Shown here piece by piece: positions 35,127 to 44,439 of a stretch of DNA of 64,000 nt. Numbering within the stretch: the first letter of the stretch is position 1; each line of letters starts with the position of its first letter. The DNA is from an uncultured bacterium. Lineage in GTDB: Bacteria; Chlamydiota; Chlamydiia; Chlamydiales; JAAKFR01. Location: contig CAZPPS010000001.1 in NCBI GenBank assembly GCA_964588495.1, positions 53,367-117,366 of the forward strand, read 5' to 3'. The translations under genes and the position numbers were made by a program. Under the pieces are notes generated by a model. That model did no database searches and was not told the DNA's origin. It saw only the letters and a program-made list of their open reading frames with translations.

Positions 35127-36398
35127 TCAGATTGAGTCCTTTTGAAGCAAGGGAAGAAGTGCATTAAATGTATGATTTAAAGCGCCGCGGGAGGAAGTGA
35201 TCAGTTTTTGGCCGTTTTGCCCGAGTGTTTGCGCATTTGCTGGGTTTTTCAGGAGGTTTTCAAGAGTTGGGAGGAGCGTTTCTTCTGTGACTTGGATGCC
35301 GGCGTTGTAGTTTTTGACAAGATCGAGAAAATCGGGCTGAGAGTGCATGTGGGGACCAAAAAGGACCGGCTTTGCATAAAAAGCGGGCTCTAAAATGTTG
35401 TGACCTCCCACTTTTGGAGCGAACGTGCCCCCAACGAAAGTTAGGTCTGAAATTTGATAGCAGCTGCGCAAAACGCCCATTGTGTCGACTAAAAGGAGAT
35501 TTTTTTGATCCAGTTTGCCCTCCTCGGACCAGCGGGAAAAGGGAATTTGTTCGGAAGCTAACAATTTTGCGACGTCATTAAATCTTTCCGGATGGCGCGG
35601 CACTAGCAAAACTTTTAGTGTGGGGAACTGTTCCCAAAGGCTTTTAAGGGCTTTAATCCAGATTTTTTCTTCAGGATCGTGGGTTGAGCCCAAAGTCAAT
35701 ACGGTTTCATTTTGAAGACCCAAGCGCACTTTTAAAAGTGCCGGATTTTCTTTTACAGGGTCGCTATCTAGCTTTACGTTTCCGGTGATTGTGATTTTAG
35801 ATGGCGGGATCTTCAAGCCGGCAAAACGGTCCAGATAATGCTCCCCTTGCACGTAGAAATGATCGATCGGCCCCAAAAGGCGCTTTGCCAAAAAAGGGAC
35901 TTTCGAGAGGCGCTTAAAGGAGCGCTCTGAAATTTTTCCATTGATGACAACCAGCTGGGCCCCCTCTTTTTTGGCAGCCGTCTGGAAGTGATACCAAAAA
36001 TCGGTTTCGGTCAAAATCACAAGATCGGGAGCTACTCTTTTCATGATCGGACAGATCACATAGCTAAAATCAAAGGGTAAATACACATGAAAGTCAGCCG
36101 CAGAATTTTTGAGACCTTCTTGATGGCCTGTTTCTGTCGTCGACGAGAGCAAAATCAGCGGCGGATTGTCTTGCGCCTTAAATTTTTTGATCAGCGGTTC
36201 AACGGCTTTTGTCTCCCCAAAAGAAACAGCATGAATCCAGACCAGCTTTTTCCCTTTTTTATCAATTTTAGGGAAACCGAAACCTAAACGGGGCAAGCAA
36301 TTATTCCGGTATTTCCCAAATTGGGAAATGATTTTCGGAATCGAGGCGCACGCATACAAATGGAGGCCTAAATCATATAAAAGACCAAACGGTTTCAT
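35127..36398 (-). CDS. waaA: 3-deoxy-D-manno-octulosonic-acid (Kdo) transferase
   Basis: WaaA/KdtA pattern (VWIHAVSFGETKAVEPL, GGTFAPKVGGHNILEPA). A 4-bp overlap links it to leuS. Confidence 0.85.
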   Translation of the reverse strand: MKPFGLLYDLGLHLYACASIPKIISQFGKYRNNCLPRLGFGFPKIDKKGKKLVWIHAVSFGETKAVEPLIKKFKAQDNPPLILLSSTTETGHQEGLKNSAADFHVYLPFDFSYVICPIMKRVAPDLVILTETDFWYHFQTAAKKEGAQLVVINGKISERSFKRLSKVPFLAKRLLGPIDHFYVQGEHYLDRFAGLKIPPSKITITGNVKLDSDPVKENPALLKVRLGLQNETVLTLGSTHDPEEKIWIKALKSLWEQFPTLKVLLVPRHPERFNDVAKLLASEQIPFSRWSEEGKLDQKNLLLVDTMGVLRSCYQISDLTFVGGTFAPKVGGHNILEPAFYAKPVLFGPHMHSQPDFLDLVKNYNAGIQVTEETLLPTLENLLKNPANAQTLGQNGQKLITSSRGALNHTFNALLPLLQKDSI

Positions 36399-38857
36399 TC
36401 TAAAACAATGTTAAGGAGTTTTCCGGGGACAAAAACGACTTTTTGAACCGGATTTTGCAAAAATTTTGAAATCGTAGGATCCTTTCTCACCACTTCCATA
36501 AGCTCTTCTTGGCTGGTTTTTGTGGGAAGTTCAAAGCGGCCTCTCAATTTTCCATTAATTTGCACAATATAGGTAGCAGTCTCCTCAACCAGATAGCGTG
36601 GATCCACAACAGGCCATGGGGCATAAGCCACACTCCCTTTTTCTCCCAAATGTTCCCAAAGCTCTTCTCCCATATGGGGAGCCAGAGGAGCTAACATCTG
36701 CACAGCCATTTTGAGAGCCTTTTTAGGATAGGAGTTAAGCTTGGTAAATTCGTTGATGAACTCCATCATTTTGGCAATTGCTGTATTGAAGAGCATTTTT
36801 TCAAGATCTTCTGTTACACCATGCACAAGCTTGTGAGCCAGCTTCAAACCTTCTTCGCTGTCTGCTTCAACTATTTTTTCTGAGGTTGCCATTTCGAAAA
36901 ATCTGTTGAGAAAGCGTCTACAGCCGTTCACACCTTCAGTCATCCACACTTTTTCTTTTTCAATCGGGCCCATGAACATCGTGTAGAGCCTCAAAGCATC
37001 GGCGCCAAACTCCTCAATGACCTGATCGGGAGAAACTCCATTGAGTTTTGACTTGGACATTTTGTCGATCTGGCTACGCAATTCTTCTTGCGTCTCCCAA
37101 TGGTAATATTTCCCCTCTTTTTCAACGGTCTCTTCCGGAGCCACATAATGGCCATTGGCTTTTTGGAAAGACCTGCTCACAATCAGCCCCTGATTCACCA
37201 GGCGTTGAAAGGGCTCCAATGTCGAAACAAGGCCAGAATCGTAGAGCACCTTGTGCCAAAACCTAGCATACAAAAGATGGAGAACAGCATGTTCTGCCCC
37301 TCCTACATACAAATCTACGGGCATCCAGTACTTTTCGTTCTCTTCTCCCCAGGCCTTATTCTCATTCTGGGGATCGCAAAACCGTAAATAATACCAGCAA
37401 GAACCTGCCCACTGCGGCATCGTATTTGTCTCGCGCAGAGCTTTTTTGCCAGTCTTTGGATCTTCTACTTCGACCCATTCTCTCACTTTCGCAAGAGGAC
37501 TCTCTCCTGACGGCGTCGGCTTATATTCAGTGACAAGAGGGGGCTCTAAAGGAAGCTCATCAATCTCAAGAGCCCGTTTTGTTCCATCTTCAAAGTGCAA
37601 AATCGGAAACGGCTCTCCCCAATAGCGCTGTCTTGAAAAAAGCCAGTCGCGCAGCTTGTAATTGATAGTTCTTTTGCCCACATTTTTCGATTCTGCCCAA
37701 GTAATACTCTTTTCAAATGCCTCCTGAACGGGCAAACCATTCAGAAAATCGCTGTTCATCGAGAGTCCATTTTCATCAATCACAGGAACAATAGGCAATT
37801 TAAACTGCTCGGCAAACTCGTGATCCCGTTCATCATGAGCAGGAACTGCCATGATAGCTCCCGTGCCATAACCCATGAGGACATAATCGGCAATCCAGAT
37901 CGGCACTTTTTGGCCATTTACAGGATTGAGGGCATAACCGCCTGTAAAGACACCCGTTTTAGTCTTGGCAAGCTCTGTACGCTCCATGTCGCTTTTCTCA
38001 GCTGTCACTTTCCGGTATTGGCCAACCTCCTCTCGATGCTCTTTTGTCGTGATTTGATCCACTAGCGGATGCTCAGGAGAAATCACCATATAAGTGACAC
38101 CAAAAATGGTGTGGGGGCAGGTTGTAAAGACATCGAGACTTCGGTGCGTCCCATCAATCGGGAATTTGAGAATCGCTCCCTCGCTCCGTCCAATCCAGTT
38201 TCTTTGGAGCCGCTTTAACCCTTCAGGCCAATCAACAAGATCCAAATCATTTAAAAGGCGATCGGCGTAGGCTGTAATTTTCAAAACCCATTGTTTTAAA
38301 GGACGCCTCTCAACAGGATGTCCCCCTTCAATGGATTTGCCCCCCTCAATCTCTTCATTGGCCAAAACAGTTCCCAAGGCAGGGCACCAATTCACAAGCA
38401 TGTCGGCCTGATAAGCGAGCCCCTTTTCATAGAGCTTGGTGAATATCCACTGCGTCCACTTGTAATACTTGGGATCACTTGTCATGATTTCCCGGTCCCA
38501 ATTGTAGGCGTATCCTAAGGACTCGAGCTGGTGCTTGAAATTCTGGATATTGGCAAGTGTGGTAGTTGCGGGATGAGTTCCTGTCCGGATCGCATACTGC
38601 TCCGCAGGAAGGCCAAAACTATCCCATCCCATCGGATGGAGAACCGAAAAGCCACGGGCCAGCTTGTAGCGCCCCAAAATATCTGTTGCCGTGTAGCCAA
38701 TCAAGTGGCCCACATGCAGCCCTGCCCCAGAAGGATAGGGAAACATATCCAAAACATAATATTTTGGTTTTGAAGGATCTTCGCTAGTTTTAAACGTTTT
38801 ATTTTGTTTCCAAAAACGTTGCCACTTTTTTTCAATGAGATGGGGATCGTATTTCAT
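36395..38857 (-). CDS. leuS: Leucyl-tRNA synthetase
   Basis: Class I motifs HVGHLIGY (HIGH) and KMSKSK (KMSKS). 820 aa with a LeuRS editing-domain arrangement. Confidence 0.95.
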   Translation of the reverse strand: MKYDPHLIEKKWQRFWKQNKTFKTSEDPSKPKYYVLDMFPYPSGAGLHVGHLIGYTATDILGRYKLARGFSVLHPMGWDSFGLPAEQYAIRTGTHPATTTLANIQNFKHQLESLGYAYNWDREIMTSDPKYYKWTQWIFTKLYEKGLAYQADMLVNWCPALGTVLANEEIEGGKSIEGGHPVERRPLKQWVLKITAYADRLLNDLDLVDWPEGLKRLQRNWIGRSEGAILKFPIDGTHRSLDVFTTCPHTIFGVTYMVISPEHPLVDQITTKEHREEVGQYRKVTAEKSDMERTELAKTKTGVFTGGYALNPVNGQKVPIWIADYVLMGYGTGAIMAVPAHDERDHEFAEQFKLPIVPVIDENGLSMNSDFLNGLPVQEAFEKSITWAESKNVGKRTINYKLRDWLFSRQRYWGEPFPILHFEDGTKRALEIDELPLEPPLVTEYKPTPSGESPLAKVREWVEVEDPKTGKKALRETNTMPQWAGSCWYYLRFCDPQNENKAWGEENEKYWMPVDLYVGGAEHAVLHLLYARFWHKVLYDSGLVSTLEPFQRLVNQGLIVSRSFQKANGHYVAPEETVEKEGKYYHWETQEELRSQIDKMSKSKLNGVSPDQVIEEFGADALRLYTMFMGPIEKEKVWMTEGVNGCRRFLNRFFEMATSEKIVEADSEEGLKLAHKLVHGVTEDLEKMLFNTAIAKMMEFINEFTKLNSYPKKALKMAVQMLAPLAPHMGEELWEHLGEKGSVAYAPWPVVDPRYLVEETATYIVQINGKLRGRFELPTKTSQEELMEVVRKDPTISKFLQNPVQKVVFVPGKLLNIVLE

Positions 38858-38875
38858 AGCATTCTACGGTAGCAG

Positions 38876-39145
38876 TCAATCTTTTTTAAGGCACGCGAAA
38901 ACGCTAAGTAACCAAGCGGTGGATCCTCCCACAGTCAGGATACAACCTAAGGAAAAAGATGAAATTGTCCCCACAGAAGCCATGGTGAGATAAAGCCCTG
39001 TGGCAATAAAAGCAGCTCCAATCAAAAAAAGGACTACAGCTGTCGCTTTGTGGTTGGAGATTTGACAAACGGCCTGACGGGTGTCAGAAGAGTCTTTCTG
39101 AATCAGAGCACATAAGGGGCCATTTTTAACACATGCAAATGACAT
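38876..39145 (-). CDS. Small Inc-like membrane protein (bilobed hydrophobic domain)
   Basis: AVVLFLIGAAFIATGLYLTMA / SFSLGCILTVGGSTAWLLSVFA. The start at 39145 (MSFACVKNG) is preferred over 39196. Confidence 0.4.
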   Translation of the reverse strand: MSFACVKNGPLCALIQKDSSDTRQAVCQISNHKATAVVLFLIGAAFIATGLYLTMASVGTISSFSLGCILTVGGSTAWLLSVFACLKKD

Positions 39146-39189
39146 AAAAAAATAGATAATCTTAAGATGGTTTGTGGTAATATAGCACA

Positions 39190-41058
39190 ATGTCAAAGAA
39201 AAAACAGCCTAAAAAACAATCTACGTCCGGAACAATCCGGATTCACGCCCGCGGATTCGGGTTTTTAATACCCGATGACCGTAAACAGTTTCCTGACGAT
39301 ATTTTTGTTCCCAAAAGAGCCACAAAAGGGGCTGTTGACGGCGATCAGGTTGAAGTTGCCATCAATAGCTTTGTCTCGGAAAAAGGTCCGGAAGGTGTCG
39401 TTACAAAAATATTGAAGCGGGGCCGCTTTCGAGTGGCTGGCATCATCTCCTTTGCGGGCAAAAAAAAGCAGCTTTATGCCTACGTTCCCATTTTGGGTGA
39501 AAATAGACCCATGCTGATCAAGCCCCCTAAGGATAAAACCCTTCAATTGGGCGACCGCATTATTATCCGTGTCCTTGATTGGGGCGGCCCAAGAAGAGAA
39601 TGTATTGGAGAAATGAGCGGCTATATTGGGCACATCTCTGATCCTTCGTGTGATATTCGAGCAGCCATTGAAGAATTTGAGCTAGAAACGGCGTTTCCAG
39701 AAGCTGTCATCGAGGAAGCCAAAGCTTTTGGAACACAAGTAACTGCCGCCGATTTTAAAAACCGGGAAGATCTTACCGATCAAATTTGCTTTACCATCGA
39801 CCCTGACACAGCAAAAGATTTTGACGACGCCCTCACCCTTTCTCAAGATGCGGCAGGGAATTACCACTTAGGAGTCCACATCGCCGATGTCTCCCACTAT
39901 GTGAGATCAGGCTCTGAGCTCGACAAGGAAGCTGAAAAACGGTGCAATTCGGTCTATTTTCCAACTACTGTGATTCCCATGCTCCCGCATGAGCTTTCCA
40001 GCCACCTATGCAGCTTAAAGCCCAATGTCAACAGGCTTGCCATCTCAGTTCTTGCGACTCTGGATGCAGAAGGGACACTTCAAAATTACAAGATCTGCAA
40101 AAGTGTCATCAAAAGCAAAAAAAGATTTACCTACAATGAGGCCAAAGAGGTCTTGGATGGGAAAAAGAAAAGCAAATACCTCCCTCATTTACAATTAATG
40201 ATACAACTGTGCGCCCTTTTGAAGAAAAAGAGGGCACAGCGTGGAAGTATTGAGTTTTCTCTCCCCGACATTTTCCTGGATCTGTCTGAAGATGGTAATG
40301 TGCGCAAAATCAATCTCATTGAATATGACATCACCCACCAGCTTGTTGAAGAATACATGCTCCTTGCCAATGAAATTGTGGCAACCCACTTGAGCAAAGC
40401 TGAAAAGCCCCTGGCTTATCGCATCCACGAAGAGCCCAACCCTGAGAGTATACGGGATTTTGCCTCCACGGCTTCGGCTATTGGTTTTGATCTCCCTCCA
40501 CAGCCCACAGCAGAAGAATTGCAAAATTTATTTGATAAAGCCCGCGAAACCCCTTTTGGACAATTTCTTGCGACAGCTTTTATCCGGAGCATGAAACTGG
40601 CTAGCTACTCGACGCAAAATGTGGGGCACTATGGCCTTGGACTCGAATATTATACCCACTTTACAAGCCCCATCCGCAGATATATCGACCTGATGGTCCA
40701 CCGCGTTCTTTTTGATAAAGCTACCGAAATTAATGATCTTGAAGAAATAGCGGTCCACTGCTCCGACAAAGAGCGCCTTTCTGCAAAAGCTGAGAGCTCC
40801 GTTGTTCTCTTAAAAAAATTGAGATACCTCGAGCAGAAGCTCAAGGCGGGAGATTCTATTTTTTCTGCAGTTATTGTGGCTATCAAGCCCTTTGGATGCT
40901 TTTTTGAGCTTAAAGAAATGCTCTACGAAGGACTTTTACCTCCCCAAAGAAAACATTTTGCTTTGGGAGATAAAATCTCAGTTCTGTTAGAAGAAGTCGA
41001 TCTGGTAAGTAGACAAACGATTTGGTCAATTGCAGAGTCAAAGGCAAAGAAACAGTGA
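39190..41058 (+). CDS. rnr: Ribonuclease R (VacB)
   Basis: Cold-shock-like N-domains, an RNB catalytic domain (FTIDPDTAKDFDDAL, GHYGLGLEYYTHFTSPIRRYIDL) and a C-terminal S1 domain. Confidence 0.9.
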   Translation: MSKKKQPKKQSTSGTIRIHARGFGFLIPDDRKQFPDDIFVPKRATKGAVDGDQVEVAINSFVSEKGPEGVVTKILKRGRFRVAGIISFAGKKKQLYAYVPILGENRPMLIKPPKDKTLQLGDRIIIRVLDWGGPRRECIGEMSGYIGHISDPSCDIRAAIEEFELETAFPEAVIEEAKAFGTQVTAADFKNREDLTDQICFTIDPDTAKDFDDALTLSQDAAGNYHLGVHIADVSHYVRSGSELDKEAEKRCNSVYFPTTVIPMLPHELSSHLCSLKPNVNRLAISVLATLDAEGTLQNYKICKSVIKSKKRFTYNEAKEVLDGKKKSKYLPHLQLMIQLCALLKKKRAQRGSIEFSLPDIFLDLSEDGNVRKINLIEYDITHQLVEEYMLLANEIVATHLSKAEKPLAYRIHEEPNPESIRDFASTASAIGFDLPPQPTAEELQNLFDKARETPFGQFLATAFIRSMKLASYSTQNVGHYGLGLEYYTHFTSPIRRYIDLMVHRVLFDKATEINDLEEIAVHCSDKERLSAKAESSVVLLKKLRYLEQKLKAGDSIFSAVIVAIKPFGCFFELKEMLYEGLLPPQRKHFALGDKISVLLEEVDLVSRQTIWSIAESKAKKQ

Positions 41059-41660
41059 AAAAACATTTTATCACAGGGCTCATCATCCTCCTTCCGTTTG
41101 CAGTCACAACTGCCCTCGTCTTTTTTATCATCAATTTCTTGACCAATCCTTTTGTTGCAGTTGTAGAGCAATTTATTGGCAAACAGCAATGGTTTCTCAA
41201 TCACAAAGGGGCCTTCCATCTCACCCTTCAGCTTTTGATGTTCTTTGCCCTCATTTTTTTTACAATTTTGCTCGGATTTTTAGCCCGCATTGTCTTCTTT
41301 AAATCGATGCTTTCCCTCTACGATTATGTCCTGCATCGGATTCCAGTCATTAAAACGATTTATAAGGCCTCCCAGCAAGTCATCAAAACCATTTTTGGTT
41401 CTACATCAAATTCTTTTAAGCAAGTGGTCATGGTGAAATTTCCCTCTGAAGGAGCCTATTCCATCGGATTAATCAGCAGCCCAGCTCCCGAAATTTGCAC
41501 GAAGACGATGGGAAGATCTCTTGTGACCGTTTTTGTCCCCACAACTCCCAACCCCACCTCAGGTTTTTTGATGATGTATCGGGAAGAAGAGGTCATCTAT
41601 CTCGACATGAAAGTAGAGGATGCTTTCAAATACATCATTTCGTGTGGCGTGATCGCCTAA
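41056..41660 (+). CDS. DUF502-family membrane protein
   Basis: Two N-terminal TM helices followed by HRIPVIKTIYKASQQV and a beta-rich C-domain. The GTG start overlaps the rnr stop (GTGA). Confidence 0.6.
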
Positions 41661-41748
41661 AAACCTGAGTAAAGGACAGAAATTGAGTTGATTTTTTTTA
41701 AGATTATCAGGTAATCTTTGCACTTCTTCTTTGTAATGAGGTATTTTT

Positions 41749-41916
41749 ATGACACGCATGAGCAAACAGGGTGAAAGACGCGCCGTCTCCCCACGCAGAT
41801 GCAAGGCGCCTAGCGTTAAAACGGGCCCTAAAAAAGACAAATTGCCAAAGGGCTTCAAAGCTCATGAAAACGCAGCAGAGGGCGACCTCACTGTTTTTAT
41901 TCCAAAAATTAAGTAA
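41749..41916 (+). CDS. Small (55 aa) highly basic protein, unknown function (below the ORF-track cutoff)
   Basis: ATG preceded by taatgaGGtat. The product is Lys/Arg/Pro-rich (MTRMSKQGERRAVSPRRCKAPSVKTGPKKDKLPKGFK...). It is tandem with a second small basic ORF. Confidence 0.35.
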   Translation: MTRMSKQGERRAVSPRRCKAPSVKTGPKKDKLPKGFKAHENAAEGDLTVFIPKIK

Positions 41917-41929
41917 GGATTATTAAAAT

Positions 41930-42088
41930 ATGTCTCGCCACAATAGTTACGGCAAATCGAATAAGGGCGGCCTGAAAAGAAACGTTTTGAAGCGTTTTGA
42001 GCGGGTTGAAGTTTTGAAAAAGCTTGGCCGTTGGGATAAAGATAAAAATAAAAAGGTTACTGGTCTTCCTAAGACTCCGGTAGCTTAA
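41930..42088 (+). CDS. Small basic protein (52 aa), resembling the conserved PVC-group small basic protein family
   Basis: MSRHNSYGKSNKGGLKRNVLKRFERVEVLKKLGRWDKDKNKKVTGLPKTPVA. The VLKRxERxxxLxxxGRW ... GLPK pattern matches my recollection of that family. It is below the ORF-track cutoff. Confidence 0.45.
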   Translation: MSRHNSYGKSNKGGLKRNVLKRFERVEVLKKLGRWDKDKNKKVTGLPKTPVA

Positions 42089-42143
42089 GCCTTTTTACTC
42101 ACAGATTCCCGTGCCTGTGCCCGACTTTCGAGCTTCTCGAACG

Positions 42144-42338
42144 ATTAAACACAAAGGCACGAAGATACAAAGACACAAAGAGATAGATTTTTTCTTCTCT
42201 GTGCTCTCTGTGGTTTTATAAATTCACCAACACGTTTAATTAATTAAACTTGCGGTTTTTTAAACCACAGAGGACACAGAGTAACGAGAGAAGTTTTTTT
42301 TCTTTGTGTCTTTGCGTCTTTGTGCCTTTGTGTTTTAA
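42144..42338. repeat. Octamer-array palindromic element, composite form
   Basis: It has the same A-B'-core-B-A' order as 12030-12250. Its right terminus abuts the MITE. Confidence 0.85.
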
Positions 42339-42341
42339 TCA

Positions 42342-42500
42342 CTCACCTTACGCAAAAAATCCCCCTATGAGAGAAAAAAGAGATGGTAAGATACAAAGAT
42401 TACGACGAAGCCCAACTCTAGTTGAGTTGGGTGAGGAGTAATCTGCAGTAGATTGCCGTCTATTTTTTTTTCTCGGAGGGGATTTTTTGCGTAAGGTGAG
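42342..42500. mobile_element. 159-bp MITE-like element with perfect 23-bp terminal inverted repeats and a 7-bp direct flanking duplication
   Basis: Left TIR ctcaccttacgcaaaaaatcccc (42342-42364) is the exact reverse complement of 42478-42500. It is flanked by ttaatca at 42335-42341 and 42501-42507. Internal hairpins are present (cccaactc/gagttggg) and there is no coding capacity. Confidence 0.75.
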
Positions 42501-42560
42501 TTAATCACTTAATGTTACGCAACACGGTAGCAACGCATCTTCGGAGTCGGCAAGAAATTC

Positions 42561-43007
42561 ATGAAAGTTAACGTCTACGATCACCAACGCGACATCTCGA
42601 TCAAAAAGAGGTCCATCAAGCCTATTGTCGAAGATGTACTTCACGAAGAAGGATTTTCTACAAATGAACTCTCCGTCACTTTTGTGAACACGGCAGAAAT
42701 TTGTGAGCTGCACGCCCAGTTTTTCAACGACCCTTCCCCTACCGATTGTATCACTTTGCCACTCGACGAGCCAGCCGAACAACTTTCAGGCTATCATGTT
42801 CTTGGAGAAATTTTTATCTGCCCAACTGCGGCCTTGGATTTTCCAGAGCATTCTCTTTCTGAGGAAATCACTTTATATTTGGTCCATGGAATCTTACATC
42901 TCATTGGATATGATGATATTAAACCAAAAGATGTCCGTCAGATGCGTGCTGCTGAAAAAAAGCACATGCAGCGTTTAATAGCTAAAAAACTCCTTATCAA
43001 TCTATAA
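42561..43007 (+). CDS. ybeY: rRNA maturation endoribonuclease YbeY
   Basis: Zn-binding motif HGILHLIGYDD, with typical size and position upstream of a CorC/HlyC gene. Confidence 0.85.
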   Translation: MKVNVYDHQRDISIKKRSIKPIVEDVLHEEGFSTNELSVTFVNTAEICELHAQFFNDPSPTDCITLPLDEPAEQLSGYHVLGEIFICPTAALDFPEHSLSEEITLYLVHGILHLIGYDDIKPKDVRQMRAAEKKHMQRLIAKKLLINL

Positions 43008-43057
43008 TAATCATAAATCATTTGAATGGAAAAATGGGCTTGCGTGCAAAAATATTC

Positions 43058-43090
43058 GGGCACGGGCACGGGCACAGGCACGGGCACGGG
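43058..43090 (+). repeat. Hexanucleotide microsatellite (GGGCAC), about 5.5 units
   Basis: gggcacgggcacgggcacaggcacgggcacggg lies 30 nt upstream of the CorC/HlyC start. Shorter copies are at 46988-47006 (same strand) and 42108-42123 (opposite strand). Confidence 0.9.
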
Positions 43091-43119
43091 TGTGAGAGGG
43101 CAAAGTTAAGGGTGGCACA

Positions 43120-44427
43120 TTGTTCGCACTAACACTTTTTGTTTCCCTCTTTTTTTTAATCTGGGCCTTTATTTTGACGACGATGACCCACTCTCTGACA
43201 CGTATTGGAGAGAGTCATTCCTCTGAAATTCTTGAAAGGTACCCAACTAGGTTCTACTACGGGGCTTTGCACCGTCTGGTTTTTAAAACATCCCACTTTG
43301 AACTCTTGGTTTTTGCTTCAACTTTAGGGGAAAATTTGGCCCGCATTGGCCTTGTAGCCTTTGTCGCTGTGGGCTTTTTGTATTTTGAGGTCATCACGAT
43401 AACCAGCCTGATTATCATGGTTCTCGTCCTCCTCTTTTTTGTCCTGCTGATCGGCGATTTTTTTCCTCGCCTTCTTGCTATTTGGATGCCGGAAAAATCG
43501 TTAGCACTGATCCTCCCTTTTGCCTCATTTTTTCTCTACCTCTCCTTTCCGATCTCATTTATTTTCATCAAGCTAGCAGAAATCGCCCTGCGCTCAAGAC
43601 CTAAAGAGAGCTGGGTCGATCCTGTTGAAGAGAACAAGGAAGCTATTATTCAGATTTTGCGTGCGGCTAATCTCAAAGGTAAACTCAATAGCGCAGATAA
43701 AAAGCTCATTGAATCGGTTGTAAAGTTCAAAGACAGAATTGTGCGGGAAGTGATGGTCCCCCGTGTTGACCTCTTTCTCCTTTCGGCAGAGACAACGGTC
43801 CATGTAGCAGCCAAAGAGCTCATTGGAGAAGGTTTCAGCCGAGTCCCTGTTTACCGGGAAACTGTCGACCACATCATCGGCGTTTTAATGTTCAAAGACG
43901 TTTTGCAGCTTTATATGGATTGCCTGGAGGGAAAAAAAGAGAGTGAGCTTCTCAACTCCCCGATCGAGACAATCACAAAACCTGTTTTTTATACTCCAGA
44001 AACGAAAAAGGTTTCTCAGCTTTTGCAAGATTTCAGACTCAAACAGATGCACATGGCAATTGTTGTGGATGAATATGGAGGAACAGAAGGGATTGTCACC
44101 ATGGAAGACATCCTGGAAGAGATTGTAGGAGAAATTGCTGACGAATATGACGAGGACGAGGAAAAGCTTTTCGTAAGTCAGCCCGGTGGAGGCGGTTGGA
44201 TCGTTGATGCCCGCATGAGCATCTTGGATGCGCAAGAATCTTTTGATATTCATATCCCTCAAGAGGGGGAATATGATACAATCGGTGGCTATATTTTCCA
44301 CAAAATAGGCTCCATCCCCCATAAGGGCTTAAAGATCCACCACGAAGATTTTGATCTCGAAATTTTGAGCTCTTCTGAGCGGAGTGTGGAAAAAGTGCGG
44401 ATCACTCCTTTAAATAAAGAAGACTAA
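43120..44427 (+). CDS. HlyC/CorC-family transporter (DUF21 + CBS pair + CorC_HlyC domain)
   Basis: Four-TM DUF21 domain, tandem CBS domains (VREVMVPRVD, FSRVPVY, HMAIVVDEYGGTEGIVTMEDILEEIVGEI) and a C-terminal transporter-associated domain. TTG start. Confidence 0.85.
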   Translation: MFALTLFVSLFFLIWAFILTTMTHSLTRIGESHSSEILERYPTRFYYGALHRLVFKTSHFELLVFASTLGENLARIGLVAFVAVGFLYFEVITITSLIIMVLVLLFFVLLIGDFFPRLLAIWMPEKSLALILPFASFFLYLSFPISFIFIKLAEIALRSRPKESWVDPVEENKEAIIQILRAANLKGKLNSADKKLIESVVKFKDRIVREVMVPRVDLFLLSAETTVHVAAKELIGEGFSRVPVYRETVDHIIGVLMFKDVLQLYMDCLEGKKESELLNSPIETITKPVFYTPETKKVSQLLQDFRLKQMHMAIVVDEYGGTEGIVTMEDILEEIVGEIADEYDEDEEKLFVSQPGGGGWIVDARMSILDAQESFDIHIPQEGEYDTIGGYIFHKIGSIPHKGLKIHHEDFDLEILSSSERSVEKVRITPLNKED

Positions 44428-44439
44428 AAGGAAGACTGA

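Noticed and set aside
42250-42441. ORFs running through the octamer palindromes and the MITE (also 49616-49822, 49701-49973 and 3844-4101).
   Set aside because: Their sequences (for example KDTKTQRHKET and RTQSNERSFFSLCLCVFVPLCF) are direct read-outs of the repeats, and they occur on either strand at each repeat locus.
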